Assembly (NCBI GenBank): GCA_035084275.1
Contig: CM068757.1
Coordinates: forward strand, 15,872,001 to 15,936,000
Reading direction: 5' to 3'
Source of the DNA: Hydrolagus colliei
Lineage: Eukaryota
Length of the DNA: 64,000 nucleotides
Positions within the stretch are counted from its first letter, which is position 1. Each line of letters opens with the position of its first letter. Below the pieces are notes generated by a model. It was not told where the DNA came from. It was given only the letters and a program-made list of their open reading frames with translations, and ran no database searches. This document shows, piece after piece, positions 28,201 through 43,200 of the stretch. A program made the position numbers and the translations under genes.

Positions 28201-31200
28201 ATGTATACTTTGTCCAGAGCAGTCTCCAATGCCCATATTTCCATTGATACTATTTTGAATGGAAACACATGAAGCTTGCTTCTGGAGGTTCCTGGAACAA
28301 TCCTTTTCAAGAAGCAGCACAGCTGCTAATGAACAACACACCTGGCACTGCCACATTGCCTCTATCGTGCATCAATAGCGGCAGTAAACCACACAACCAG
28401 TCACTCCATTTTGTTTCCCTGCTGTGACATTAATTGTGCCCATTCATGCTGCTAACTCCATTGAAAGACAAAAAGTAGCTGGAAGAATCACATTCGTTTC
28501 AGTGCTTTCCAATTTTTCCAACTTTATATTCCAACAGAAACATCAACAGCCACGACTTCGACATCAGGTACACAAAGAGCAGAAGCTTCTCTCCTCCCAT
28601 TTACAATGCAATATCTCCTTTGTCCACCTGTGATTCAAACTTCCATTATCTATTTGCCATCCTGTAAGAATGTAGCCTCTATGAGCATCAGATTAATGAT
28701 ATGACCTTTCCCTTATGTCCTGTTGGAATCACATGGACCACTTTTTTAGATAGGGTTTCTTTCTTCTTGTTTGTGCTGATGGAGTTAAACAGCCAATTTT
28801 AACCCTGTGGTAGATACCAGCTTCTACCCGTTACCTGATAACCACTGTGCCATAAACATTTCCAAATCTTGTTGCGGGCATAACCACAGGAATTGTGCCA
28901 ATAGACATTGAAAGGAGACTCTTAGCATGATGCTGTAACTTGCCTCGTTCATTTACGTTTTTCCACTCAATTGTAAAACCTTCGATGTACTGCAGACATT
29001 GTCATGGAAACACCAATAAGAAAGTTGTGTATTCACACAGCTAGCACTACCAGGATGTAGAACGATATCAAACAGATAATTCAATTGAACTTGAAGGGGT
29101 TTTCTTTTGAAATTTGATGAGTGATTTAGGAGAACTGCACATTATTCTTGTGCACCAGATCACTTTTGCTAAGCAATGTCTCTTTTTCAATGTTGTCAGC
29201 AGAATTCACCACAGAGCCATCGACAACCTTCTCTACAACCACAGGTATTTGTGTTATTGTCAGTCCTGGTGCCTTCGTCAACCTTCAATTCAAAACAGTG
29301 TCCTCGTAAATATAGCCACTATGATATCTTAACCACTATTGCTACTGAAAGTTGATGCAATATATTAAACAGATGATTGAATTGAACTGTGTGATATCTC
29401 TGGGACTACAATTATCACACATGTTCACGCTGCAATGTTCTGGGAAACGACTGCACACATCATGTGATTTATTTACATTTATTTCCACGGTCACTAGATG
29501 GCGCTATCACGGCTCCTCCCTCCTTAATGAAGAAATTATGAAAAAGTTACAATTACTGACATTCAAAACACGATGCTATGTACAATTGTTTTTCTACATA
29601 TGTACAATTTATAAATACATACGTACAATTTATGTATATTATCATGTTCAAACTGTGACACAGCCAATGAAAATTCAAACTTGACTTCTGGTTTCCTACT
29701 TTCCCTGTCCAAAAGTTTTAGGACTCATGGTAGCACTCGGACTTTTAGAACTCATGGTAACACTCGGACTTGCCATGTGTCCAGTCTGGTATTCATCTTG
29801 ACTTTCACTCCTAGTCTCCAGTTACTCAGTCAGGCTCTTGACTATCACCTGGAACTAAACCCTCACCTTCATTCACACTTGAATTCTGGTTTTCTGTTAA
29901 GTCCTCTGTTACCATTACTGACTTGTTCATTGGTCTAAAACTATTTGGTTCATTAGATTTATCCATTTCTCTCCACTCTTCCGGTACTTGTGTAGGTAAG
30001 ATGTGATCAATATGGACAAATCTGAGTTTGCCACTTTCAAACATCCTGACCAAATAGGTGCGCGGTCCACATACTTTCACTAATCTTCCTGGTACCCACT
30101 TTACCCATTTGTGATGATGGTTCTTCACTTTAACTTTTTTATTTATCTCCATCTTTCTGTCTTTCACCCTTACTCCAGCATGGTTCTCTCTCTGCCTCTC
30201 CTGTTTTCCATCTACCATTTGTGCTAAATTGGGATACAACAATGAAAATCTTGTTCTCGGGTGTCTTTTTAGGAACACGTCAGCCGGTGTTCTGCCTGTA
30301 GTGGTGTGAAGTGTCTTACGATACGTTATCAGAAAGTTGGCTGGTTTGTGAGGCAATGATAATTGACTTTGGGGTTGCATCTCGCATTTGCTAACCTAGC
30401 GTGCGTTTGACAATTTGCACATGGCGCTCCGAAGCACCATTCAAAGCTGGATGGTATGCAGTGTGCTTCACACCATTCTTTTCCATGCATTGCGCGAACT
30501 CTTCTGAACAGAACTGTGGTCCATTGTCAGACACGATTTCCTCTGGAAATCCATATGAAGCAAACGACCCTCTAACAATATCCAGTTTTGCTAGATATTG
30601 TTGTGTTCATCGGAAACACCTCAACCCACTTGGAATGACAATGTATCACAATGAACAACTACTATCCATCTAGATCAGCAAAATCTATCTGTAACCTTTG
30701 CCACACTCTGGCTGGCCATTTCCAGGACCGTAGTGGTACTGTTAGTGGACTCCTTCCAACCGACTCACATACACTACACTGTTTTACTGTGTTTTCAATG
30801 TATTTATCCAACCCTGGCCACCATAAGTAGTTCTAGCTAGACTCTTGGTCAGACACATCCCTCGGCGTTGATCATGAAGATCACCGAAAAACTGTTCTCT
30901 GTACCTTTCAGGGATAACAACTCTAGCTCCCCACATGACACATCCTTGGTCATTTGACAATTCATGTCTCCTAACAAAGTATGGCCTAATTTCTTCTTCT
31001 GTCTCAGTTATATGACTAGGCCACCCACTCACAATATAGTCATGCACCTTGGATAAAATCCTGTCCCTACGAGTTGTCTTGCTGATGTCACTTGATGTGA
31101 CCGGCAGCTACTCAATATGGGAAAAATAGAACACATCTTCCCTGTTGGATTTCATTTCTGATGCTAAGGGTAACCTCGACATTGCATCGGCATTACCATG

Positions 31201-34200
31201 GTCTGCTGACCTACGATATTGTAAGTCGTACTGGTATGCTGACAAGATCAACGACCATCTTTGCATTCTGGCTGCTGCTAGAGTAGGTACCTGTGATTTT
31301 GGATTTAGGATTGCTGTCAAAGGTTTATGGTCTGTTTCAATGATGAAATTGCGACCATATAGTATTTGTGGAATCTCCTAGCTCCAAAAATCAAGGCCAA
31401 AGCTTCTCTCTCTATTTCGGCGTAGTTTTTCTCACGACTACTCAGGGTTCTAGAAGCGAACGCTGTCAGTCTCTCTGCCCCTGTTTCGAATACATGAGAG
31501 ATAACTGCACCAACCCCGTATGGGGGGGCGTCACATGCTAGCTTGATGGTCTTTGTGACATCATAGTGTACCAGCATTGTACCATCTATTAGATGTTTTT
31601 TACACGACTTGAAAGCCTGGTCACATTCACGTGTCCATTTACATGGCACATCTTTCTTCAAAAGCTCATCCAAGGGGTGTATAAAGGTTGACAAATTTGG
31701 AATGAATTTTCCATAATAATTCAACAATCCCAAGAATGATCGTAGCTCAGATGTGTTTCTGGGAATGGGCGCGTTCCTGATCGCATTGACCTTACTCTGA
31801 GTTGGGTGCAACCCATCTTTGTCTACCTTGAGCCCTAGGTACTCTAAAGACTCTTTAAACATCTCACATTTGTGAGCCTTGACGCGTACTTGGAGTTTCT
31901 CTAACCTTTGTTACACCATGTGTAGCCTTTCGTCATCAACCTGCCTATTTGGCGCAGAGATGACTATGTCATCAAGTTAGCATATTACCCCATCGATTCC
32001 CTCTAGAATCTGAGTCATGAACCCTTGGAAAATTCCTGGGCTTGACGCAACGCCAAATGGTAGCCTATTGTATTGATACAGGCCCATATGAGTGTTGATA
32101 GTCAAGTACGCCTTTGACTTCTCATCTAGCTCTAACTGTTAATAGACGTTTGACAAGTCCATTTTAGAACATACTTTACCACCTACCAATGTGTTGAACA
32201 AATCTTCTACATTTGGTAACGTGTCAGGTGGACTACACTCCAGAACTCGATTCACTGTTACCTTGTAGTCCCCACAGATTCTGATACTACCGTCAGATTT
32301 TGGAACTACAACAATGGAAGTAGTCCAATTACTTTGTTGTACTTTACTGATAATGTTCTCCTTTTCCAGTCTTTTCAGTTCTTTTTCTACTTTTTCTCTC
32401 ATTGCGTATGGCACTGGGCGTGGCTTATAGTGCCTTGTACGTGGGCCTTGCTTCACCTTGCACTCCTAAACTTGCTTTGTATCCGCTGATGGGTGCACCG
32501 GATTCACTAAACACCGTTGAATGCTTTTTTTCCCTCTCTTCCTGTGTTGTGAACGAGATTTGCACAGGGAAAATTTCTTGCCAATCTAATTTTAGCGAGT
32601 TCATCCAATTTCTACCAAGTAATACTGGTTTTTCTCACTTCACCACAAGAATTGGCAAATCTGCACATTGATCCTTGTATTTAACTGGAACACACACTCT
32701 ACCCAAAACTGGGATGATCTCTCCTCCATAGTTGCGCAGCTCGACCCTTGCTGTTTGTAGCTTATTTTTGCTCAACTTTTCTCGGTGCAGTTTTTCAGAC
32801 ACCACACTGACTGCTGCTCCAGTATCAACTTCCATGATTACTGGGACTCCATCCAATGTTACTTGGACCTTGATGCTATGCAATTTGCTACTGGATGCTT
32901 TTGTGTTGTAGATCATGTTGATCTCCACTGGCTCCTCAGAGTCCTCACTCTCCTGGTGTCGCTCAACCGTATGCAGAAACTGACGTCTTTTCTTGACCGC
33001 ATTCGTCCGCTTCGACTTGAAACAAGCCTTTGCAAGATGCCCAGTCTTATGGCACGAATATCACTCCACTTTCGTCAAAAGGCAAGATTGTGCTGGATGA
33101 GAACCCAGACATCGATAGCATGACTTTGAACTCGTCCCGCTACTCTTCCCTCGTGGTCGATTCACAAGTGCTTTGAATTTCACTTTGCACACCTGCAGCT
33201 TGTTAACCTCCCCCACTGTTAGGCAATAACTTGCTGGAACTTCTTTTGAATCTCTCTCAGCCATGTCCATAGACAAGGCAGTTTTACATGCTAACTCAAA
33301 TGTTAGCTGTGACATTGTCATTAATTTGCTTTGGATACGGTCGCTCTTCAGTCTGCACACAAACCTATCTCGTAATGCAAGGTCCTGGAAATCTCCAAAA
33401 TTGCAGTGTATCGACAGCTTTTTCAATGCTACGAAAAAACTGCCAATGGTTTCCTCTGGTAATTGACATCTGGTACCAAATCGGTAACTCTCTGCAATCT
33501 CTAATGGCTTTGGGTCATAGTGTTCTGTAAGCTTTTCAAGGATGTCCTTTAATGGGGTGTCCTTAGGCTTAGTTGGGGTTAACAAATTCTTCACTGTTTC
33601 ATACACATCGGGACCCACTTCTGTCAGAAAGATTGCTCTCATTCTTTCTTGCACTGCTGTATTTACACTTCCAGAATTATCTTCAGCAGCTTCAATTTCA
33701 ACAATATTATTGGCAGCAAAGAACATCTCCAAACGCTCAATCTAAGCACTAAACATTTCCCGGCTTTGTTGAAACTCACCCAATTGTCCGATGTATCCGA
33801 TGGGAGTCTTCATTTGGGGATTTTTTTTATCAGTACCACCACACGTGAACACAAACCTTACTGGATTTGTAGCTCTCAATCAAAATGAAAGTATTCACAG
33901 ACCTCAAGGCACTTTGTAGAGACCTTCTCCTACAAACAGACATAGCTAGGGAATCCACTATCCCATCCTCGTCGCCAATTTGTGATATATCTGGGACTAC
34001 AAGTATCAGAAACGTTCAGGCTGCAATGTTATGGAAAACAACTGCACATATCATGTGGTTTATTTACATTTCTATACACTGGTCAGCAGATGGCACTCTC
34101 ACAAACCTGAAGTTTCTTTTGAAATTTGATGATGCTTGAGGAGAACTGCACATTATACTTGTGCACCAGATCATTTTTGCTAAGCAATCTCTCTTTTCCA

Positions 34201-37200
34201 ATGTTGTCAACAGCATTCACCACAGAGCCATCGACAACCTTCTCTACAACCACAGGTAGTTGTGTTATTATCAGTCCTGGAGACTTTGGCAAACTTCACT
34301 TCAATACAGAGTCCTCGTAAAAATAGCCACTATGATAACTTATCCTCTATTTCTACTGAAATTTGATGCAATATATTTCTCATCATTGCATTCTAACACC
34401 AACAACTGCAACAGCAGCAGCCCCCACTACAATAACAGGTAAACAAAGAACAAATTCCAACTCTCCATTCCAGAACAAACATCTTATTAACTATTAACTT
34501 CCATTGTATATTTGCCATCCTGTAAGAATGCAGCCTCTATGATCATTACATAAACGATGTGTCCTGTCCCTTATGTCCTACTGGATTCACATGGACCACA
34601 TTTTTAAATGTACGTTAGATATTGGGTTTCTTTCTTCTTGTTATTGGTGATGGAGGGAAACAGCTGATATTAATCCTGCAGCAGTCACCAGCTTCTACCC
34701 ATTTTATGGTTAGTGCCTAGCAGACATCACTTCCAAATCTTGTTGAATGTATAACCACAGGAATTGTGCCACTAACTATTCAAAGGAGCCTCTTTGTGCG
34801 ATGTTGCGACTTGCTTCATTCATTCACTCATGGTTTTCGACTCAATTGTACATCCTTCTATTTACTGCAGGCGATGTCCAGAACACACCAGCAAGTAAGT
34901 GTTGTCTTCACACACTTTGTGCTACGGGGATCTAGGAATATATTAAACAGATGATTAATTTGATCTTGAGGTGTTTAGCTTTTGAAACTCGATGAATGAT
35001 TTAGCAGACTTGAACATCAGACATGTGCACAAGATCACATTTGCTAAGCAATGCCTCTTTCTAATATTGTCAGCAGCATTCCCCACAGAGTCTTCGACAA
35101 CATTCTCTACAACAACAGGTATTTGTGAAATTGTCAGTCTTGGTGTCTTCATCAATCTTTACTTTGATACAAAACAGCAACCATCATATGCTAACCTCGA
35201 ATTCTGTTGAAGGTTGATGCAATATATTTCTCCTCAACTTCTTACTTTCTAGCAACAACAACTAAAACATCAACAACCCCCTCTACGACATCAGGTAAAC
35301 AAAGAACAACTTCCAACTCTACATTTCCTGAGCAAACATCTACTTGATTGTCTTCACATTTCTCTATTACAGTCACAATCGCCCTCCTTTAACTCATTGT
35401 TATCTCATTCTCTACGGTTTCCACAGGATGCGCACGCATGTCTTCATCAACAACCACCACTGAAACTGGTGAGGAACAGCACATTTCTACAGACACAACT
35501 GTTACATATCACATAGAGAAATCAGGCTACAAGAATCCTGCCACTTGCTTTGGCCACAACAGCAGCCACTCTCCCAGTATCATTGCCAAATACTAGCTCA
35601 AACTTCAGCTTCAAGCAACTGAAAGAGGAGAATCATCTGAAGCATTTAGTTGCTCCACATTTATTCCTTCAAATTCTCACTTTAGAGCAACATCAGAAAA
35701 CACTCTGACGCAATGCTCAGCAACACTGTTCACTCCAATAACAGTTGTAGCCACATTAACTGCCTTTGATTCAACTACTCGAATTACCCGTGTACACTTT
35801 GTCCAGAGCAGTCTCCAATGCCCATTTTGCCATTGATACTATGTTGAATGGAAACACTTGAAGCTTCCTTCTGGAGGTTCCTAGACCAATCTTTCTCAAG
35901 AAACAGCGCAGCTGCTAATGACCAACACACCTGCACTGGCACAATGCCTCTATCGTGTATCAACAGCAGCAGTAAACCACACGACCAGCCACTCCATTTT
36001 GTTTCCCTGCTGTGACATTAATTGTGCCCATTCATGCTGCCAACTCCATTGAAAGACAAAAACTGGCTGAAAGAATCACATTCATTTCTGTGCTTTCCAA
36101 TCTTTCCAACTTTCTATTCCGACAGAAACATCAACAGCCACGACTTTGGTATCAGGTATAAACGAGCAGAAGCTTCTCTCTTCCCATTTACGGTACAATG
36201 TCCTCTTTGTCCACCTGTGATTCAAACTTCCATTAACTATTTGCCATCCTGTAAGAACACAGCCTCAATGAGCATTAGACAAACGATATGTCCTTTCCAC
36301 TATGTCCTGCAAGAATCACATAGACCATTTTTTCACGTGTAATTTAAATATTGGATTTCTTTCTTCTTGTTAGTGCTGCTGGAGGGAAACAGCCAATTTT
36401 ATCCCTGCAGCAGATACCAGCAGCGGACACCATTACCTGGTGACCGCTGGGCAAGAAACATTTCCAAATCTTGTTGAGGGCACAACCACAGGAATTGAGT
36501 CACTAGATATTGAAAGGAGACTCTTAGCATGATGCTGTAACTTGCCTCATTCATTCACGTTTTTCCACTCAATTGTAAACCCTTCGATGTACTGCAGACA
36601 TTGTCATGCACAGACCAATGAGAAGGTTGTGTGTTCACACAACTAGTGCTACCAGCATGTAGAAAGATATTAAACAGATGATTGTGTTCAACTTGAAGCA
36701 TTTTTGTTTCAAATTTGATGAGTGATTTAGGAGAACTGCACATTATACTTGTGCACCAGATCACTTTTGCTAAGCAGCGTCTCTTTTCCAATGCTGTCAG
36801 CAGCATTCACCACAGAGCCATCGACAACTTTCTCAACAACCACAGTTATTTGTGTTACTGTCAGTGCCTTTGTCAACCTTCACTTCAATACAATGTCCTC
36901 GTAAGAATAGACACTATGATAACTTAACCGCTATTTCTACTAAAGGTTGATGCAATATGTTTCTCATCATTACATTCTAGCACCAACAACAACTACTACA
37001 ACAGCAGCCCCCACTACAATAACAGGTAAACAAAGAACAAATTCCAACTCTCCATTCCAGAACAAACATCTTATTAACTATAAACTTCCATTGTATATTT
37101 GCCATCCTGTAAGAATGCAGCCTCTATGATCATTACACAAACGATGTGTCCTGTCCCTTATGTCCTACTGGATTCACATGGACCACATTTTTAAATGTAC

Positions 37201-40200
37201 GTTAGATATTGGGTTTCTTTCTTCTTGTTATTGGTGATGGAGGGAAACAGCTGATATTAATCTTGCAGCAGTCACCAGCTTCTACCCATTTTATGGTTAG
37301 TGCCCGGCAGACATCACTTCCAAATCTTGTTGAATGTATAACCACAGGAATTGTGCCACTAACTATTCAAAGGAGCCTCTTCGTGCGATGTTCCGACTTG
37401 CTTCATTCATTCACTCATGTTTTTCGACTCAATTGTACATCCTTCTATTTACTGCAGGCAGTGTCCGGAACACACCAGCAAGTAAGTGTTGTCTTCACAC
37501 ACCTTGTGCTACGGGGATCTACGAAGATATTAAACAGATGATTAATTTGATCTTGAGGGGTTTATCTTTTGAAACTCGATGAATGATTTAGCAGACTTGA
37601 ACATCAGACATGTGCACAAGATCACATTTGCTAAGCAATGCCTCTTATCTAATATTGTCAGCAGCATTCCCCACAGAGTCTTCGACAACATTCTCTACAA
37701 CAACAGGTATTTGTGAAATTGTCAGTCTTGGTGCCTTCATCAATCTTTACTTTGATACAAAACAGCAACCATCATATGCTAACCTCGAATTCTGTTGAAG
37801 GTTGATGCAATATATTTCTCCTCAACTTCTTACTTTCTAGCAACAACAACTAAAACATCAACAACCCCCTCTACGACAGCAGCTAAACAAAGAACAACTT
37901 CCAACTCTACATTTCCTGAGCAAACATCTACTTGATTGTCTTCACATTTCTCTATTACAGTCACAATCGCCCTCCTTTAACTCATTGTTATCTCATTCTC
38001 TACGGTTTCCACAGGATGCGCACGCATGTCTTCATCAACAACCACCACTGAAACTGGTGAGGAACAGCACATTTCTACAGACGCAACTGTTACATATCAC
38101 ATAGAGAAATCAGGCTACAAGAATCCTGCCATTGGCTTTGCCCAGAACAGCAGCCACTCTCCCAGTATCAATGCCAAACACTAGCTCAAACTTCAGCTTC
38201 AAGCAACTGAAAGAGGAGAATTATCTGAAGCATTCAGTCCGATTGCTCCACATTTATTCCTTCAAATTCTCACTTTAGAGAAACATCAGAAAACACTCTG
38301 ACACAATGCTCAGCAACACTCTTCACTCCAACAACAGTTGTAGCCACATTAACTGCCTTTCACTCAACTACTTGAATTACCCATGCACACTTTGTCCAGA
38401 GCAGTCTCCAATGCCCATTTTTCCATTGATACTATGTTGAATGGAAACACTTGAAGCTTGCTTCTGGAGGTTCCTGGACCAATCTTTCTCAAGAAGCAGC
38501 GCAGCTGCTAATGAACAACACACCTGGCACTGCCACATTGCCTCTATTGTGTATCAATAGCAGCAGTAAACCACACGACCAGCCACTCCATTTTGTTTCC
38601 CTGCTGTGACATTAATTGTGCCCATTCATGCTGCCAACTCCATTGAAAGACAAAAACTAGCTGGAAGAATCACATTCGTTTCTGTGCTTTCCAATCTTTC
38701 CAACTTTCTATTCCAACAGAAACATCAACAGCCACGACTTCGACATCAGGTATACAAAGAGCAGAAGCTTCTCTCCTCCCATTTACGGTGCAATATCCCC
38801 TTTGACCACCTGTGATTCAAACTTCCATTAACTATTTGCCATCCTGTAAGAATGTATCCTCTGTGAGCATTAGACAAATGAAATGTCCTTTCCCTTATGT
38901 CCAGCTGGAATCACACAGCACTTTTTCATACGTACTTTAGTTATTGGGTTTCTTTCTTCTTGTTAGTGCTGATGGAGGGAAACAGCCAATATTAACCTTG
39001 CAGCAGATACCAGCTTCTGCCCATTACCTGGTGATCGCAGGGCCAGAAACATTTCCAAATCTTGTTGAGGGCGTAACCACAGGAATTGTGTCGCGAGATA
39101 TTGAAAGGAGACTCTCAGCATGATGTTGTAACTTGACTCATTCATTCACATTTTTCCACTCAATTGTAAACCCTTCGATCTACTGCAAATATTGTTATGG
39201 ACAGAGCAATAAGAAAGGTGGCACTAGCACAGCTAGTGCTACCGGGATGTAGAAAGATATCAAACAGATGATTGAATTGAACTTCAAGCGGTTTTCTTTT
39301 GAAATTTGATGAGTGATTTAGAAGAACTGCACATTATTCTTGTGCACCAGATCATTTTTGCTAAGCAATCTCTCGTTTCCAATGTTGTCAGCAGCATTCA
39401 CCTCACAGGCATCGACAACCTTCTCTACAACCACGGGTATTTGTGTTATTGTCATTCTTGGTGCTTTCATTCAATACAGCGTCATCGTAAAAATAGCCAC
39501 AATGATAAATTAACCTCTATTGCTACTAATATTTGATGCAATATATTTCTCGTCAGACATGATAAATACCACTTTTTATTTTGCAGCACCAACAACTGCA
39601 ACATCAACAATACCCACAACAACAACAGGTAAACAAGGAACAACTTCCCACTCTCCATTCCAGAACAAACATCTACTTGATTGTCTTCACTTTTCTCTAT
39701 TAAAGTCACAATCGCGCTCTTCATTGTTATCTCTTTTCCTATTGTTTCTATTTGATGCGCACGCATGTCTTCATTCAACAACCACCACTGAAACTGGTGA
39801 GGAACAGCACATTTCCACAGACACAACTGTTACATATCACATAGAGAAATCAGGCTACAAGAATCCTGCCACTTGCTTTGGCCACAACAGCAGCCACTCT
39901 CCCAGTATCATTGCCAAACACTAGCTCAAACTTCAGCTTCAAGAGACTGAAAAAGGAGAATCATCTGAAGCATTCAGTCAGATTGCTCCACATTTATTCC
40001 TTCAAATTGTCACTTTAGAGAAACATCACAAAACACTCTGACACAATGCTCAGCAACATCCTTCACTCCAATAACAGTTGTAGCCACATTAACTGCCTTT
40101 GATTCAACTACTCGAATTACCCGTCCAGAGCATTACTTTGTCCAGAGCAGTCTCCAATGCCCATTTTGCCATTGATACTATGTTGAATGGAAACACTTGA

Positions 40201-43200
40201 GGCTTCCTTCTGGAGGTTCCTAGACCAATCTTTCTCAAGAAACAGCGCAGCTGCTAATGACCAACACACCTGCATTGGCACATTGCCTCTATCGTGTATC
40301 AACAGCAGCAGTAAACCACACGACCAGCCACTCCATTTTGTTTCCCTGCTGTGACATTAATTGTGCCCATTCATGCTGCCAACTCCATTGAAAGACAAAA
40401 ACTGGCTGAAAGAATCACATTCATTTCTGTGCTTTCCAATCTTTCCAACTTTCTATTCCGACAGAAACATCAACAGCCACGACTTTGATATCAGGTATAA
40501 ACGAGCAGAAGCTTCTCTCTTCCCATTTACGGTACAATGTCCTCTTTGTCCACCTGTGATTCAAACTTCCATTAACTATTTGCCATCCTGTAAGAACACA
40601 GCCTCAATGAGCATTAGACAAACGATATGTCCTTTCCACTATGTCCTGCAAGAATCACATAGACCATTTTTTCACGTGTAATTTAAATATTGGATTTCTT
40701 TCTTCTTGTTAGTGCTGCTGGAGGGAAACAGCCAATTTTATCCCTGCAGCAGATACCAGCAGCGGACACCATTACCTGGTGACCGCTGGGCAAGAAACAT
40801 TTCCAAATCTTGTTGAGGGCACAACCACAGGAATTGAGTCACTAGATATTGAAAGGAGACTCTTAGCATGATGCTGTAACTTGCCTCATTCATTCACGTT
40901 TTTCCACTCAATTGTAAACCCTTCGATGTACTGCAGACATTGTCATGCACAGACCAATGAGAAGGTTGTGTGTTCACACAACTAGTGCTACCAGCATGTA
41001 GAAAGATATTAAACAGATGATTGTGTTCAACTTGAAGCATTTTTGTTTCAAATTTGATGAGTGATTTAGGAGAACTGCACATTATACTTGTGCACCAGAT
41101 CACTTTTGCTAAGCAGCGTCTCTTTTCCAATGCTGTCAGCAGCATTCACCACAGAGCCATCGACAACTTTCTCAACAACCACAGTTATTTGTGTTACTGT
41201 CAGTGCCTTTGTCAACCTTCACTTCAATACAATGTCCTCGTAAGAATAGACACTATGATAACTTAACCGCTATTTCTACTAAAGGTTGATGCAATATGTT
41301 TCTCATCATTACATTCTAGCACCAACAACAACTACTACAACAGCAGCCCCCACTACAATAACAGGTAAACAAAGAACAAATTCCAACTCTCCATTCCAGA
41401 ACAAACATCTTATTAACTATAAACTTCCATTGTATATTTGCCATCCTGTAAGAATGCAGCCTCTATGATCATTACACAAACGATGTGTCCTGTCCCTTAT
41501 GTCCTACTGGATTCACATGGACCACATTTTTAAATGTACGTTAGATATTGGGTTTCTTTCTTCTTGTTATTGGTGATGGAGGGAAACAGCTGATATTAAT
41601 CTTGCAGCAGTCACCAGCTTCTACCCATTTTATGGTTAGTGCCCGGCAGACATCACTTCCAAATCTTGTTGAATGTATAACCACAGGAATTGTGCCACTA
41701 ACTATTCAAAGGAGCCTCTTCGTGCGATGTTCCGACTTGCTTCATTCATTCACTCATGTTTTTCGACTCAATTGTACATCCTTCTATTTACTGCAGGCAG
41801 TGTCCGGAACACACCAGCAAGTAAGTGTTGTCTTCACACACCTTGTGCTACGGGGATCTACGAAGATATTAAACAGATGATTAATTTGATCTTGAGGGGT
41901 TTATCTTTTGAAACTCGATGAATGATTTAGCAGACTTGAACATCAGACATGTGCACAAGATCACATTTGCTAAGCAATGCCTCTTATCTAATATTGTCAG
42001 CAGCATTCCCCACAGAGTCTTCGACAACATTCTCTACAACAACAGGTATTTGTGAAATTGTCAGTCTTGGTGCCTTCATCAATCTTTACTTTGATACAAA
42101 ACAGCAACCATCATATGCTAACCTCGAATTCTGTTGAAGGTTGATGCAATATATTTCTCCTCAACTTCTTACTTTCTAGCAACAACAACTAAAACATCAA
42201 CAACCCCCTCTACGACAGCAGCTAAACAAAGAACAACTTCCAACTCTACATTTCCTGAGCAAACATCTACTTGATTGTCTTCACATTTCTCTATTACAGT
42301 CACAATCGCCCTCCTTTAACTCATTGTTATCTCATTCTCTACGGTTTCCACAGGATGCGCACGCATGTCTTCATCAACAACCACCACTGAAACTGGTGAG
42401 GAACAGCACATTTCTACAGACGCAACTGTTACATATCACATAGAGAAATCAGGCTACAAGAATCCTGCCATTGGCTTTGCCCAGAACAGCAGCCACTCTC
42501 CCAGTATCAATGCCAAACACTAGCTCAAACTTCAGCTTCAAGCAACTGAAAGAGGAGAATTATCTGAAGCATTCAGTCCGATTGCTCCACATTTATTCCT
42601 TCAAATTCTCACTTTAGAGAAACATCAGAAAACACTCTGACACAATGCTCAGCAACACTCTTCACTCCAACAACAGTTGTAGCCACATTAACTGCCTTTC
42701 ACTCAACTACTTGAATTACCCATGCACACTTTGTCCAGAGCAGTCTCCAATGCCCATTTTTCCATTGATACTATGTTGAATGGAAACACTTGAAGCTTGC
42801 TTCTGGAGGTTCCTGGACCAATCTTTCTCAAGAAGCAGCGCAGCTGCTAATGAACAACACACCTGGCACTGCCACATTGCCTCTATTGTGTATCAATAGC
42901 AGCAGTAAACCACACGACCAGCCACTCCATTTTGTTTCCCTGCTGTGACATTAATTGTGCCCATTCATGCTGCCAACTCCATTGAAAGACAAAAACTAGC
43001 TGGAAGAATCACATTCGTTTCTGTGCTTTCCAATCTTTCCAACTTTCTATTCCAACAGAAACATCAACAGCCACGACTTCGACATCAGGTATACAAAGAG
43101 CAGAAGCTTCTCTCCTCCCATTTACGGTGCAATATCCCCTTTGACCACCTGTGATTCAAACTTCCATTAACTATTTGCCATCCTGTAAGAATGTATCCTC

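Larger units (their letters stand above)
4062..29389 (+). repeat. Exon-intron tandem array 1 (11 long ~1.73 kb units, 7 short ~0.86 kb units, 1 truncated unit)
   Basis: Identical marker ORFs recur with periods 4340, 4315, 4315, 4305, 2586, 2586 (4981, 9321, 13636, 17951, 22256, 24842, 27428). Confidence 0.95.
29390..34103 (-). mobile_element. Full-length decayed Ty3/Gypsy (Mag-like) element, copy 2 (4714 bp)
   Basis: LTRs 29390-29511 and 33981-34103; PBS and PPT present; gag-PR-RT-RH-IN order; RT YLDD disrupted by TAA. Confidence 0.96.
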
